A stretch of 64,000 bases of DNA from NCBI GenBank assembly GCA_964588985.1, contig CAZPQW010000006.1:64001-128000 (forward strand), written 5' to 3'. Below are positions 1 through 9,956 of this stretch, one piece after another. The stretch comes from an uncultured Solirubrobacteraceae bacterium. Its GTDB lineage: Bacteria; Actinomycetota; Thermoleophilia; Solirubrobacterales; Solirubrobacteraceae. The translations under genes were made by a program, and so were the position numbers. Below the pieces are notes generated by a model. That model was not told the DNA's origin. It saw only the letters and a program-made list of their open reading frames with translations, and ran no database searches. The number at the start of each line of letters is the position of its first letter. The first letter of the stretch is position 1.

Positions 1-1012
1 GGTCGGCGGCGCCAACCCGGTTGCGGTCGTGCGCGGGCTCCTGGCCGGGCTCGTAGTGCGAGGGGGCGACCCCGAGCTGCAGCTCGATCCTGCGCATCCG
101 CTCGAACGTCTTCTGCGTCATCACGCGCTGGGCGGCCAGCAGGTCCCCGATCACGCCGAGCGCCCACATCACGACCGCGGCGATGAACAGGATCGCAGCG
201 AGGATCAGCGACTGCACGTGCCCCTTGCCGTTTCCATCGATGTAGGCGACCGCGAAGCGGATCCACACGCCGATCGAGACGAGCCCGATCAGCAGCGCGA
301 GGCTCCAGAACACGCGCAGCGGCTCGTACTGGGCGTAGATGCGGAAGATCGAGACCGCGTTGCGTCGCACGTAGGCGCCCATCGACGGGAACAGCCGCGA
401 CTCGCGCGTCTTCGGGTTGGTGCGAATCGGGACGTGGTCGACCGCCACGAGCAGCTTGCCGGCCTGGATGATCGACTCGAGCGTATACGTGAAGCGCGAG
501 ACGACCATGATCTGGATCGCCGCCTCGCGGTTGTACGCGCGAAAGCCCGACGTCGTGTCCGGGATCGACGTGGAGGACGCCTGACGCACGACCCACGAGC
601 CGAGGCGCTGCAGCATCTTCTTCAGCGGCGAGAAGTGCTCGATCTCGCCGACCTCGCGGTCGCCGATCACCATGTCCGCGCGCCCCTCGAGGATCGGCTG
701 CACGAGGCGGGCTATGTCCGGTCCGTAGTACTGGTTGTCGGCGTCCGTGTTCACGATCACGTCCGCGCCGAGCTTCAGCGCGGTGTCGATGCCCGCCTGG
801 AATCCGGCGGCCAGACCCTTGTTGTTGGTCAGCCTCACGAGATGGTCGACGCCGTGCTCGCGGGCCACCGCGACGGTCTCGTCGGTCGAGCCGTCGTCGA
901 TCACGAGCCACTCGACCGTGTCGAAGCCGTCGAGCTCGCGCGGCAGGTCGGCGAGCGTCTGCGGCAGCTGCTCGGCCTCGTTGAAGCAGGGGATCTGGAT
1001 GATGAGCTTGAT
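1..1012 (-). CDS. Glycosyltransferase family 2 (polyprenol-phosphate glycosyltransferase-like); 3' end runs off the window
   Basis: Manual translation of the minus strand: IKLIIQIPCFNEAEQL...LVIDDGSTD...NKGLAAGF...IVNTDADNQY...DTTSGFRAY, with C-terminal TM helices. Not in the ORF track because it is truncated. Start is ATC at 1012 or GTG at 1057. Confidence 0.85.
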   Translation of the reverse strand, partial: MKLIIQIPCFNEAEQLPQTLADLPRELDGFDTVEWLVIDDGSTDETVAVAREHGVDHLVRLTNNKGLAAGFQAGIDTALKLGADVIVNTDADNQYYGPDIARLVQPILEGRADMVIGDREVGEIEHFSPLKKMLQRLGSWVVRQASSTSIPDTTSGFRAYNREAAIQIMVVSRFTYTLESIIQAGKLLVAVDHVPIRTNPKTRESRLFPSMGAYVRRNAVSIFRIYAQYEPLRVFWSLALLIGLVSIGVWIRFAVAYIDGNGKGHVQSLILAAILFIAAVVMWALGVIGDLLAAQRVMTQKTFERMRRIELQLGVAPSHYEPGQEPAHDRNRVGAAD

Positions 1013-1037
1013 GGGTGGAGGATAGGCTCTGCGCGCA

Positions 1038-2564
1038 GTGCGAGGCGCGACGCTCACCCGGCCGGGAACGACGCCGGGCTCCACCCGGCCTGCGCCGCTG
1101 CGTGCCGTGAGCGTCCCCACGTGGGCGCGGATCGGCCTCGCGGCGATGTGCGTGGGGGCGGTGGTCGGCTACTTCGCCTTCCCCACATATCCCACGTACG
1201 ACTCGTTCTACGCGCTGCTGTGGGGCCGGGACCTGCTGCACCTGCACCTGCCGGACTTCCGGGTCTACCGCGGTCCGACCGAGCATCCGCTGGCGATCGC
1301 GTTCGGGATGCTCTGCTCGATCTTCGGGCAGGGCGGCGCGCGGCTGATGGTGTTCGGCTCGATCGCGTCGTTCGTCGCGGCGGTGGCCGGCGTCTACCGG
1401 CTGGGGCGGCTGTGCTTCGGGCCGGTCGTCGGCCTGCTCGCGGCGCTGCTGCTGCTGAGCCGCTTCTTCGTCGAGAACCTCGCCGCCCAGGGCTACCTGG
1501 ACATCTCCTACCTCGCGCTGATCGTGTGGGCGATCGTGCTCGAGGTCGAACGATCCCGCCGCGGGGTGCCCGTCTTCCTCGTGCTCGCCGCCGCCGGCCT
1601 GCTGCGTCCCGACGCGTGGGTGCTGAGCGGCGTGTACTGGCTGTGGTGCGCGTGGCCCGCAAACAGCCGCACGCGCCTGCGATATCTCGCGCTGGCGGCG
1701 ATCGCGCCCGTGCTGTGGGTCGGGACGGACTGGGTGGTGACGGGCAACCCGCTGTACTCGCTGACCGCCACCGCGGGCCTCGCCCAGGAACTGGAACGCA
1801 CCCAGGGGTTCGGGAGCGTGTTGGGATCGACATGGAGCTACACCGACAGGATCGACAAGCTCCCCGTGCTGCTCGGCGCGATCGTCGGGCTTCCGTTGGC
1901 GGTCTGGATGGCCCCACGACGGGTGCTCGTGCCGCTGGTGGCGCTGATCCTGCTGTTCGGTGTGTTCCTCGCCGAGGGCGCGGTCGGCGCGTCGGTGATC
2001 GACCGCTACCTGATCGGCGCGGCGAGCGTGGCGCTGCTGTTCTGCGCGGTCACGCTCGGCGGCTGGGCGATGCTCGAGCGCGGCTCGAAGCTACGCCGCG
2101 CGTGGATCGCGGGCGCGGCCGCGCTGCTGCTGTTCGGTGCGGCCTCGGCGGCTAAAACGCTCAGCCTGACGAGCCTGCGCACCACGCTCGCCTACCACGA
2201 GGACTTCCACCAGGGTCTCGCGAGCGCGCTGAAGAGTCCCGCGGTGAAGTCGGTCCTGCGACGCTGCCCGCTGCTGTCGCTGCCCAACAACAAGCTGATT
2301 CCCGACGCCCGCTGGATCCTCGACACGGTCGGCCAGCACGACATCGTCGCGCGCAGCGAGTCGCGGGCGGATGTCGAAAAAGGCTCGCACGCGCTCGAGC
2401 ACCGTCTAGCCCACGGCAGTGTGGCCGTCTACCCGCTCGGCAGCGCCGTGTTCGTGGAGGCGATCGTCGACGTGGGCGACGACCCACGCGACCAGGTGCC
2501 GCTCCCCGGATACCGGCGGATCTACAACAGCCGCTACTACGCGGTGTATGACAACTGCCGATAG
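1038..2564 (+). CDS. Multi-pass membrane protein, probable GT-C fold glycosyltransferase
   Basis: Many TM segments, an acidic YDS motif after the first TM, and an RPDAW motif; flanked by glycosyltransferase genes. Start uncertain. Confidence 0.6.
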   Translation: MRGATLTRPGTTPGSTRPAPLRAVSVPTWARIGLAAMCVGAVVGYFAFPTYPTYDSFYALLWGRDLLHLHLPDFRVYRGPTEHPLAIAFGMLCSIFGQGGARLMVFGSIASFVAAVAGVYRLGRLCFGPVVGLLAALLLLSRFFVENLAAQGYLDISYLALIVWAIVLEVERSRRGVPVFLVLAAAGLLRPDAWVLSGVYWLWCAWPANSRTRLRYLALAAIAPVLWVGTDWVVTGNPLYSLTATAGLAQELERTQGFGSVLGSTWSYTDRIDKLPVLLGAIVGLPLAVWMAPRRVLVPLVALILLFGVFLAEGAVGASVIDRYLIGAASVALLFCAVTLGGWAMLERGSKLRRAWIAGAAALLLFGAASAAKTLSLTSLRTTLAYHEDFHQGLASALKSPAVKSVLRRCPLLSLPNNKLIPDARWILDTVGQHDIVARSESRADVEKGSHALEHRLAHGSVAVYPLGSAVFVEAIVDVGDDPRDQVPLPGYRRIYNSRYYAVYDNCR

Positions 2565-4305
2565 CAGCCTGAGCGACGGACCCGGCCGCGCCCGGCGCTG
2601 GGCGTGGCCGGCGCTCGCGGTCGTGCTGATCGCGGGACTGGGACTGCGACTGTGGGGCGTGCGCCAGGGGCTGCCCTACGCGTACAACACCGATGAGGCC
2701 GACCACTTCGTCCCGCACGCGGTGAAGATGTTCGCCGACGGGACCCTCAACCCGAAGTACTTCGCCAACCCGCCCGCGTTCACGTACGTGCTGCACGTCC
2801 TGTTCGCGCTCTGGTACGGCGGCGGGGCCGGTGTTCGTCGGGCGTTCGCGCTGCACCCCGAGGGGGTGTACACGCTCGCACGCGTCGCCGCCGCGCTGCT
2901 CGGCACGAGCGCGCTGTGGCTGCTGTACGCGACCGGCGCGCGGCTGTTCGGCCGTGCGGTCGGGCTGTTGGCGGCGGCGATCGAGGCGGTCGCGTTCCTA
3001 CCGGTGTTCTACGCGCACCTCGCGCTCAACGACGTGCCCACGCTCGCGCCGTTGACGCTGTCGCTGCTGGGGACCGCGGGCGTGATGAGCAAAGGCCGTG
3101 TGCGCGACTACGTGCTCGCGGGCGTCGGGCTCGGCCTGGCGTGCGCGACCAAGTACACCGCCGGCATCGTGCTCCTCCCGCTGCTCGCGGCTGCCGGCGC
3201 TAGCTACATCGACGCAGACGACCCAGCCAAACGGCGCGTGCTCCTCGGCCTGCCCGCCGCCGGGGCGATCGCGCTCGTGGCGTTCCTGGTCGCGAACCCC
3301 TACGCGGTCCTCGACTACCACGCCTTCCACGCCGAACTGGTGCACCAGTCGACGCTGTCGGCGGAATCGCAGGGCAAGCTGGGCGCCCCCAGGCAGGGAG
3401 GGCTCCTCTACTACCTCTGGTCGCTCGCGTGGGGGCTCGGCTGGGCGCCAGCGCTGGCGGCGCTCGGCGGCTCGCTCGTGGTGTGGCGCTCGAACCGTCG
3501 ACTCGGGGCGCTGCTCGTGCCGGCGATGCTGCTGTTCCTGCTGTTCATGGGTCTGCAGGGTCGCTACTTCGGGCGCTGGCTGCTGCCGATCTTCCCGCTC
3601 GTGTGCCTGCTCGCGGCGTACTTCGTCGTGCGCCTGATCATCTGGGGTACGAGCCTGCGCCGTCTGCCCGTGGCCGGTCGCGCGGCGGTCGCGGCTGCGC
3701 TCGTGGCGGCGCTGCTCGCGCAGGGGCTCATCTACAGCGTCCACTCCGGCCTCGTGCTCTCCCGGGCCGACACGCGCACGCTCACCCGCGAATGGATGGT
3801 CGCGAACATCCCCGCGGGGTCCAGGATCGTGGTCGAGCCGGTCGCGCCGAACGAATGGGCCAAGCAAACCAACCCTGGGACCTCAACCGCCGCGAACTCC
3901 TACCTGTGGCCGAAGTACCCCGGCTTGCTCCCCCGCGTGTCCGCCAGCGGCCAGCTTGAAGCACATACTCGGCCCGAAGTGGGCATCGAGAACTACGAGA
4001 CGACGCTCGCGCCGGCGCTGGTCGGCTACTACGAGGCCAACGGCTACTGCTGGGTGATCAGCGGCTCGACGCAATCCGGACGCGCGTACGCCGATCCGGG
4101 CGCGGTCCCGCACGCGATCGCCTACTACGAGGCGCTCGCCCGCCAGGGCGAAGTGGTGTACCGCGCCTCGCCGTACTCACGCGCGCACGGGCCGGTGTCG
4201 TTCGGCTTCGACTGGAGCTTCGACTACTACCCGCTCGCCTACGAGCGCCCCGGCCCGCAGATGACCGTCTACAGGCTGCGCGGGGGTCGCTGCGCCACGC
4301 CGTAG
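2548..4305 (+). CDS. GT39/PMT-like (ArnT-like) membrane glycosyltransferase
   Basis: LRLWG...YNTDE motif after TM1, ATKY, GRWLLP; ATG at 2548 overlaps the upstream gene end. Confidence 0.75.
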   Translation: MTTADSSLSDGPGRARRWAWPALAVVLIAGLGLRLWGVRQGLPYAYNTDEADHFVPHAVKMFADGTLNPKYFANPPAFTYVLHVLFALWYGGGAGVRRAFALHPEGVYTLARVAAALLGTSALWLLYATGARLFGRAVGLLAAAIEAVAFLPVFYAHLALNDVPTLAPLTLSLLGTAGVMSKGRVRDYVLAGVGLGLACATKYTAGIVLLPLLAAAGASYIDADDPAKRRVLLGLPAAGAIALVAFLVANPYAVLDYHAFHAELVHQSTLSAESQGKLGAPRQGGLLYYLWSLAWGLGWAPALAALGGSLVVWRSNRRLGALLVPAMLLFLLFMGLQGRYFGRWLLPIFPLVCLLAAYFVVRLIIWGTSLRRLPVAGRAAVAAALVAALLAQGLIYSVHSGLVLSRADTRTLTREWMVANIPAGSRIVVEPVAPNEWAKQTNPGTSTAANSYLWPKYPGLLPRVSASGQLEAHTRPEVGIENYETTLAPALVGYYEANGYCWVISGSTQSGRAYADPGAVPHAIAYYEALARQGEVVYRASPYSRAHGPVSFGFDWSFDYYPLAYERPGPQMTVYRLRGGRCATP

Positions 4306-4366
4306 CTTTCATGCGCGGCCCGCTCTCCTGCGACCAAGCCCTGCGGGGCTATCCTTAAAAATAGAC

Positions 4367-5500
4367 ATGCCCAGTTGCACCGATACCGACAGGGTATGCC
4401 TGTCGCGAGCGATCGAGCTCGCCGCCAAGGGGGCCGGCGCGGTCAGGCCGAATCCGGTCGTGGGTGCGGTCGTCGCCCGCGACGGCGAGATCCTCGGCGA
4501 GGGCTGGCACCAGGAATACGGGGGAGCGCACGCTGAGGTGAACGCGATCGAGGCGTGTGGCCTGGAGGACCTGAGCGCGGCAACGCTGTACGTGTCGCTG
4601 GAGCCGTGCTGCCACGAGGGCAAGACCCCTCCTTGTACGGACGCGATCCTCGGCGCGGGGATCAGGCGCGTGGTCGTCGCCTCTGATGACCCGACCGAGA
4701 AGGCGTCCGGGCGCGGCCTGGGGATCCTGCGCGACGAGGGCGTCGAGGTGATCGTCGCCGACGGCGAGTTGGCCGCCAGCGCCCGTCTGCTCAACCAGGC
4801 CTTTCGCAAGCACGCCCGTGTGGGACGCCCGTGGGTGCTGTTCAAGTCCGCGATGACGCTCGACGGCAAGGTCGCGACGCGCACCGGCGACTCGAAGTGG
4901 ATCAGCGGCGAGGACAGCCGCAGCCTCGCTCACCACTGGCGCGCCTCCGTCGACGCGGTCGTCGTCGGGATCGGCACCGCCCTGGCGGACGATCCGCAGC
5001 TCACCGCCCGCCCCGACGGTCTGCCCGCCGAGCCCGACTCCCAACCTCGGCGCGTGGTGTTCGACTCGCTCGCGCGCCTGCCGCTCAGCTCGCAGCTGGT
5101 GGCGGCCGTCGCGGAGATACCGCTCACGATCGTCGTCTCGAGGGCGGCCGCGCGCGCGGACACCGACGCGCTCGAAGCGGCCGGCGTGCAGGTGCTCGTG
5201 GCGACGGGAGAAAACGAGCCCGCGCGGGTGCGCTCGGCGCTCGACCAGCTCGGTGCGCTCGGCGTGGCCTCGGTGCTCCTGGAGGGCGGCCCACACCTCG
5301 CGGGCGCGTTCCTCGACGCTGGGGAGATCGACGAACTGAGGCTGTTCCTCGCGCCGCTGCTGCTCGGCGGGAGCGCCGCACGCGACCCGCTGGAGGGCGA
5401 AGGGGTCGGGCAGATCTCCGAGGCGATGCGCGCGCTCACATTCGACTGCGAGCGGATCGGCCAGGATCTCTTGATCTCGGCGCGTCTGCGCGAGTGGTAA
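4367..5500 (+). CDS. ribD: Bifunctional diaminohydroxyphosphoribosylaminopyrimidine deaminase / reductase
   Basis: PNPVVGAV, HAE, LEPCCHEGKTPPC, TLDGKVAT, VLLEGG motifs. Confidence 0.97.
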   Translation: MPSCTDTDRVCLSRAIELAAKGAGAVRPNPVVGAVVARDGEILGEGWHQEYGGAHAEVNAIEACGLEDLSAATLYVSLEPCCHEGKTPPCTDAILGAGIRRVVVASDDPTEKASGRGLGILRDEGVEVIVADGELAASARLLNQAFRKHARVGRPWVLFKSAMTLDGKVATRTGDSKWISGEDSRSLAHHWRASVDAVVVGIGTALADDPQLTARPDGLPAEPDSQPRRVVFDSLARLPLSSQLVAAVAEIPLTIVVSRAAARADTDALEAAGVQVLVATGENEPARVRSALDQLGALGVASVLLEGGPHLAGAFLDAGEIDELRLFLAPLLLGGSAARDPLEGEGVGQISEAMRALTFDCERIGQDLLISARLREW

Positions 5501-5507
5501 GGCAAGA

Positions 5508-6116
5508 GTGTTCACCGGCCTGATCGCGGATCTCGGCAGCGTGACCGCGCTCGAAAGGGACGGCGAGGGGGCGACGCTTGCGATCGCGAGCCGGCTCGCG
5601 GGGGAGATCGGCGAGGGCGACTCGGTAGCTGTCAACGGGGTGTGCCTGACGGCCACCGACGTCGATGCCGGCGGTTTTCGGGCGCAGGCGATGAACGAGA
5701 CGCTCGCGCGCTCATCGCTCGGAGCGCTGCAGGTCGGCTCGCCGGTGAACCTCGAGCTGGCGCTGCGCGCCGCCGATCGTCTCGGCGGGCACGTGGTGCA
5801 GGGGCACGTGGACGGTGTCGGCAGCGTGCGCTCCATCCGTGAGGAGGGGTTCTCGCGAGTGATCGAGATCGATCTGGAGCCCCAGCTGCTGCGCTATCTG
5901 GTGGAGAAGGGGTCGATCGCGATCGACGGCGTGAGTCTCACCGTCAGCGCGCTCGACGACCGTGGCTTCGCGGTCTCGCTGATACCCGAGACCCTCGGTA
6001 GGACGAACCTCGGCCAGCTCGGCGAGGGCGCGGTCGTGAACATCGAGGTCGACATTCTGGCCAAGCACGTGGAGCGGTTGCTCGATCAGCCTCATTATTC
6101 GAAGGAGCCCGTATGA
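5508..6116 (+). CDS. ribE: Riboflavin synthase (alpha chain)
   Basis: MFTGLI N-terminus, [34 protein letters not shown]. Confidence 0.97.
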   Translation: MFTGLIADLGSVTALERDGEGATLAIASRLAGEIGEGDSVAVNGVCLTATDVDAGGFRAQAMNETLARSSLGALQVGSPVNLELALRAADRLGGHVVQGHVDGVGSVRSIREEGFSRVIEIDLEPQLLRYLVEKGSIAIDGVSLTVSALDDRGFAVSLIPETLGRTNLGQLGEGAVVNIEVDILAKHVERLLDQPHYSKEPV

Positions 6117-7411
6117 GCCAGCCGAGGACAACAACGCCGTTCGTGACCATCGAGCAGGCGATCGAGGAGATCCGCGAGGGCAAGATGGTCGTCGTGTGCG
6201 ACGACGAGGACCGCGAGAACGAGGGCGACCTGACGCTCGCGGCGCAGTTCGCCACCCCCGAGGCGATCAACTTCATGGCCAAGGAGGGGCGTGGGCTGAT
6301 CTGCCTGTCGCTGACCTCCGAGCGCTGCGACGAACTGGGCCTCGACCTGATGGCGGCGAAGAACGAGTCGCCGTTCGAAACGCCGTTCACGGTCTCGGTG
6401 GAGGCGCGCGAGGGCGTCACCACGGGGATCTCCGCGCACGATCGCGCGCACACGATCCAGGTCGCGATCGACCCCGCGAGCCGACCCGTGGACCTCGTCC
6501 AGCCCGGACACGTCTTCCCGCTCAAGAGCCGCGCCGGCGGCGTGCTCGAGCGCGCCGGGCAGACCGAGGCGGCGGTCGACCTCGCGCGCCTCGCGGGGCT
6601 GAACCCCGCCGGGGTGATCTGCGAGATCATGAACGACGACGGCACGATGGCGCGGGTGCCGGAACTCGTCGACTACTGCGCCGTGCACGGGCTGAGCATG
6701 ATCACGGTCGCCGACCTGATCGCCTACCGCCGCCGCCACGACAAGCTCGTCGAAAGGGTCGTCTCCACGCGTCTGCCGACCACGTTCGGCGACTTCGAGG
6801 CAATTGGCTACCGCTCGCTCGTGGACGACAAGCACCACGTCGCGCTCGTCAAGGGCGAGGTCGCGGGCAAGCCGGACGTGCTCGTGCGGGTGCACTCGGA
6901 GTGCCTCACCGGCGACGTGTTCCACTCGCTGCGCTGCGACTGCGGCGAGCAGCTCGAATCGGCGCTCGCGATGATCGAGCGCGAGGGCGAGGGGGTGCTG
7001 CTGTACCTCTCACAGGAGGGGCGCGGCATCGGGTTGCTGAACAAGCTGCGCGCCTACCGCCTGCAGGAGGAGGGCCTCGACACGGTCGAAGCCAACGAGC
7101 GACTCGGCCTGCCCGCGGACCTGCGCGACTACGGGATCGGCGCCCAGATCCTCGTCGACCTGGGGCTCGGCTCGATCAGGATCCTCACCAACAACCCCAA
7201 GAAGATCAAGGGGCTCGAGGGCTACGGCCTGTCTGTCAGCGGGCAGATCCCGATCGAGCACGCACCCAACGAGCACAACGAGGCCTACCTCCGAACGAAG
7301 GCGCAGCGGATGGGACACACGCTGCACCACCAGGGGCTGAACCTCGACGAGGAGATGCTGCACGCCGAGCAGGGACGCGGCGAGAACGTCGACGGGAAGG
7401 ACGGGGGATGA
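6113..7411 (+). CDS. ribBA: Bifunctional DHBP synthase / GTP cyclohydrolase II
   Basis: [47 protein letters not shown]. Confidence 0.97.
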   Translation: MSQPRTTTPFVTIEQAIEEIREGKMVVVCDDEDRENEGDLTLAAQFATPEAINFMAKEGRGLICLSLTSERCDELGLDLMAAKNESPFETPFTVSVEAREGVTTGISAHDRAHTIQVAIDPASRPVDLVQPGHVFPLKSRAGGVLERAGQTEAAVDLARLAGLNPAGVICEIMNDDGTMARVPELVDYCAVHGLSMITVADLIAYRRRHDKLVERVVSTRLPTTFGDFEAIGYRSLVDDKHHVALVKGEVAGKPDVLVRVHSECLTGDVFHSLRCDCGEQLESALAMIEREGEGVLLYLSQEGRGIGLLNKLRAYRLQEEGLDTVEANERLGLPADLRDYGIGAQILVDLGLGSIRILTNNPKKIKGLEGYGLSVSGQIPIEHAPNEHNEAYLRTKAQRMGHTLHHQGLNLDEEMLHAEQGRGENVDGKDGG

Positions 7412-7839
7412 GCGAATACGCGATCGCGCTCGGGCGCTTCTACGAGGAATTGGCCGAGCGCCTGCTCGCCGGCGCGCAGTCCGCGTTCGCCGAGCAGGGC
7501 TTCGAGGAGGTCACGGTGCTCGAGGTCCCGGGGGCGTACGAGCTGCCGCTCGCGGCCAGCTACGCGGCGCGCTCCGGCCGTTTCGACGGCGTGGTTTGCC
7601 TCGGCGCGGTGATCCGCGGGGAGACCAGCCACTACGACTTCGTGTGCGCGGAGACCGCCAGCGGCATCATGCGCGTGCAGCTCGATACCGGGGTCCCGTG
7701 CTCGTTCGGCGTGCTCACCTGCGAGACGATGCAGCAGGCGCTCGCACGCACCGGAGGCGGCAAGCGCGACCAGGGCCGCCACGCCGCCGAAGCGGTGATG
7801 CAGATGGCGTCGCTACGGCGAGAGCTCGAGAGCGGCTAG
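7408..7839 (+). CDS. ribH: 6,7-dimethyl-8-ribityllumazine synthase
   Basis: [30 protein letters not shown]; ATGA overlap with ribBA. Confidence 0.95.
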   Translation: MSEYAIALGRFYEELAERLLAGAQSAFAEQGFEEVTVLEVPGAYELPLAASYAARSGRFDGVVCLGAVIRGETSHYDFVCAETASGIMRVQLDTGVPCSFGVLTCETMQQALARTGGGKRDQGRHAAEAVMQMASLRRELESG

Positions 7840-7849
7840 ACTGCCGCGC

Positions 7850-8041
7850 ATGGCGAAGATCTGTCACAGCTGTGGGAAGGGCCCCGCGTTCGGCAATAGC
7901 CGCAGCCACTCGATGGTCGCGACCAAGCGGCGCTTCGACCCGAACCTGCAGAAGGTCCGGATCCTGGTGGGCAAGACGCCCAAGCGCGAGTACGTCTGCA
8001 CCAGGTGCCTCAAAGCCGGCAAGGTAACGAAGGCCCTGTAG
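7850..8041 (+). CDS. rpmB: 50S ribosomal protein L28
   Basis: [17 protein letters not shown]...KRRFDPNLQ...[11 protein letters not shown]; TAGACT -10 box 7 nt upstream. Confidence 0.97.
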   Translation: MAKICHSCGKGPAFGNSRSHSMVATKRRFDPNLQKVRILVGKTPKREYVCTRCLKAGKVTKAL

Positions 8042-8114
8042 CTTTCGGCGCGGTCAAGCGCCTGGACGTCCAGTATCTGGTGGACGATCGCTCGAAGCTG
8101 ATAGACCTGTCGCC

Positions 8115-9893
8115 GTGACGGATACCAATCTGGTCCGCTTCCGTGCCGCCGTGGCCGGAGCGCTCGCTCACCTGGAATCGCGCCGCCAGGAGGTCAACGA
8201 CCTCAACGTGTTCCCGGTCGCCGACGGCGACACGGGAGACAACATGGCGCTGACGCTCCGTGCGGTGCTGGAGGAGCTCGACCGCCTGCAGGGCGCGGAC
8301 GAGAACCGCACGATCGACGAGATCGGACGCGAGGAGATCGTGCAGTCGGTCGCGCGCGCGGCGCTGCTGGGGGCGCGCGGCAACTCGGGCGTGATCCTCT
8401 CCCAGCTGATCCGCGGCGCAGCGGAGGAGCTGATCAGCCGGCCTGGGCAGCTGATCGACGCGCCGCTGATCGGCGCGGCGCTCGCGAACGCCGCCGACCG
8501 CGCGTACTCCTCGGTGCGCGAGCCCGCCGAGGGCACGATCCTGACGGTGGCGCGCGAGATGGCGCACAAGATCGTCACCGATGTGGCGCACAGCCCGGAG
8601 AACCCGCGGCTGAGCCCGACCACCGAGCCGCGCGCGCAGGACACCGCGATCGCGGGCGCGCTCGAGCGCGCGGTGCAGGCCGGGCAGGACTCCGTCAAGC
8701 GCGGTCCCGAGCTGCTCGCGGCGCTGCGCGACGCGGGCGTGGTCGACGCGGGCGGCTACGGCCTGACGATCATCTTCGCGGGCGTGGTGGCGGCGCTGCG
8801 CGGCGAGGACCCGCCGCCGCTGGACCACTACGAGCCGGCGCGCATCACGCATCCTCAGCACAGCTCCGGCACGTACCGCTTCTGCACCAACTTCGCCGTC
8901 ACAGGCAGCGGGCTGAGCCCGAGCCGCTTCATCGAGCCGTTGGAGAAGCTCGGCGACTCGGTGCTGGTGGTGGGGGACGCGAGCACCCTGAAGGTACACC
9001 TGCACACCGACGATCCGGAGCTCGCTACGGCGGTGTTCGCCGACGCTGGGGAGGTCTCGCGTCTGGACGTCGCCGACATGCGCGCGCAGGTCGCCGAGCG
9101 CGACGGGCGGCTCGCCGGCGCCCTCGCTGGCGCCGAGTCGGCAAACGGGACTCCCGCACCACCGCAGACCCTGTTCGCGGTCGGCGCTGTGGGCGGGGAG
9201 GGCGAGGGGCTCGTGCTGGCGCCCCCGCCGCTCCTCGGCGGCGAGCTGCGCTGCGGCGCGGTGGCGGTCGTGAGCGGCGACGGGCTGCGCGAGATGTTCC
9301 ACGAGCTCGGCGTGCACACACTCGACGGCGGGCCGACGCTGAACCCCTCCACGTACGACCTGCTCGCGGCGATCCACGAGGTGCCCGCTGAGGAGGTGGT
9401 GCTGCTGACGAACAGCGCGAACGTGATCATGTCCGCGGAGCACGCCGCAAGGCTTTCGGACAAGCAGGTGCTGGTGGTGGCGACGGCCAGTCAGCAGGCG
9501 GGGCTGGCGGCGGCGGTGGCGCTGATGCGCGAGCGCTCGCTCGAGGAGAACGCCCAGGCGCTGAACGACGCGCTCGAGCACGTGCGGACCGGCGCGGTGG
9601 CGCCCGCCGCGCGCGACGACGCGCAGGGACGCTTCAAGGTCGGCGACGCGGTCGGCTTCGTCGAGGAAGAGGTGACCGCGTGGGGCGACCCGCTCGAGAC
9701 GCTGCGCTCGGTGCTCGGCGCGCTCGCGCAGGGCAGCGACAGCGACGGTCCCCCGGAGCTGATCAGCGTGCTCTCGGGCGAGGAGGCTCCGGTCGGTCTG
9801 GGCGAGCTCGAGGGGATGGTCAACGGTGGGATCGAGCTGGAGCTGCGCCACGGCGGCCAGCCCGCCTACTGGTGGCTGCTCGCGGCCGAGTAG
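8115..9893 (+). CDS. DAK2 domain fatty acid kinase subunit A-like (YloV/FakA family)
   Basis: NDLNVFPVADGDTGDNM, GARGNSGVILSQ, EGTILTV, VVDAGG, GGQP; conserved position between rpmB and recG. Confidence 0.92.
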   Translation: MTDTNLVRFRAAVAGALAHLESRRQEVNDLNVFPVADGDTGDNMALTLRAVLEELDRLQGADENRTIDEIGREEIVQSVARAALLGARGNSGVILSQLIRGAAEELISRPGQLIDAPLIGAALANAADRAYSSVREPAEGTILTVAREMAHKIVTDVAHSPENPRLSPTTEPRAQDTAIAGALERAVQAGQDSVKRGPELLAALRDAGVVDAGGYGLTIIFAGVVAALRGEDPPPLDHYEPARITHPQHSSGTYRFCTNFAVTGSGLSPSRFIEPLEKLGDSVLVVGDASTLKVHLHTDDPELATAVFADAGEVSRLDVADMRAQVAERDGRLAGALAGAESANGTPAPPQTLFAVGAVGGEGEGLVLAPPPLLGGELRCGAVAVVSGDGLREMFHELGVHTLDGGPTLNPSTYDLLAAIHEVPAEEVVLLTNSANVIMSAEHAARLSDKQVLVVATASQQAGLAAAVALMRERSLEENAQALNDALEHVRTGAVAPAARDDAQGRFKVGDAVGFVEEEVTAWGDPLETLRSVLGALAQGSDSDGPPELISVLSGEEAPVGLGELEGMVNGGIELELRHGGQPAYWWLLAAE

Positions 9894-9956
9894 CGCGAGC
9901 CCCGCGCCGGCCGCCCAGCCGGTTACGACCGCCAGCACGATCATGATGAGGACCGG

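Noticed and set aside
29-2155. 708-aa plus-strand ORF and the many other long Arg/Ala/Pro-rich ORFs in the track (e.g. 8010-10427, 19916-21997, 57072-59645, 61605-63638)
   Set aside because: Shadow ORFs antisense to or out of frame with well-supported genes. They are expected in high-GC DNA and show no recognisable motifs.
4306-4366. FMN riboswitch upstream of the rib operon
   Set aside because: The intergenic region is only about 60 bp and lacks the RFN consensus.
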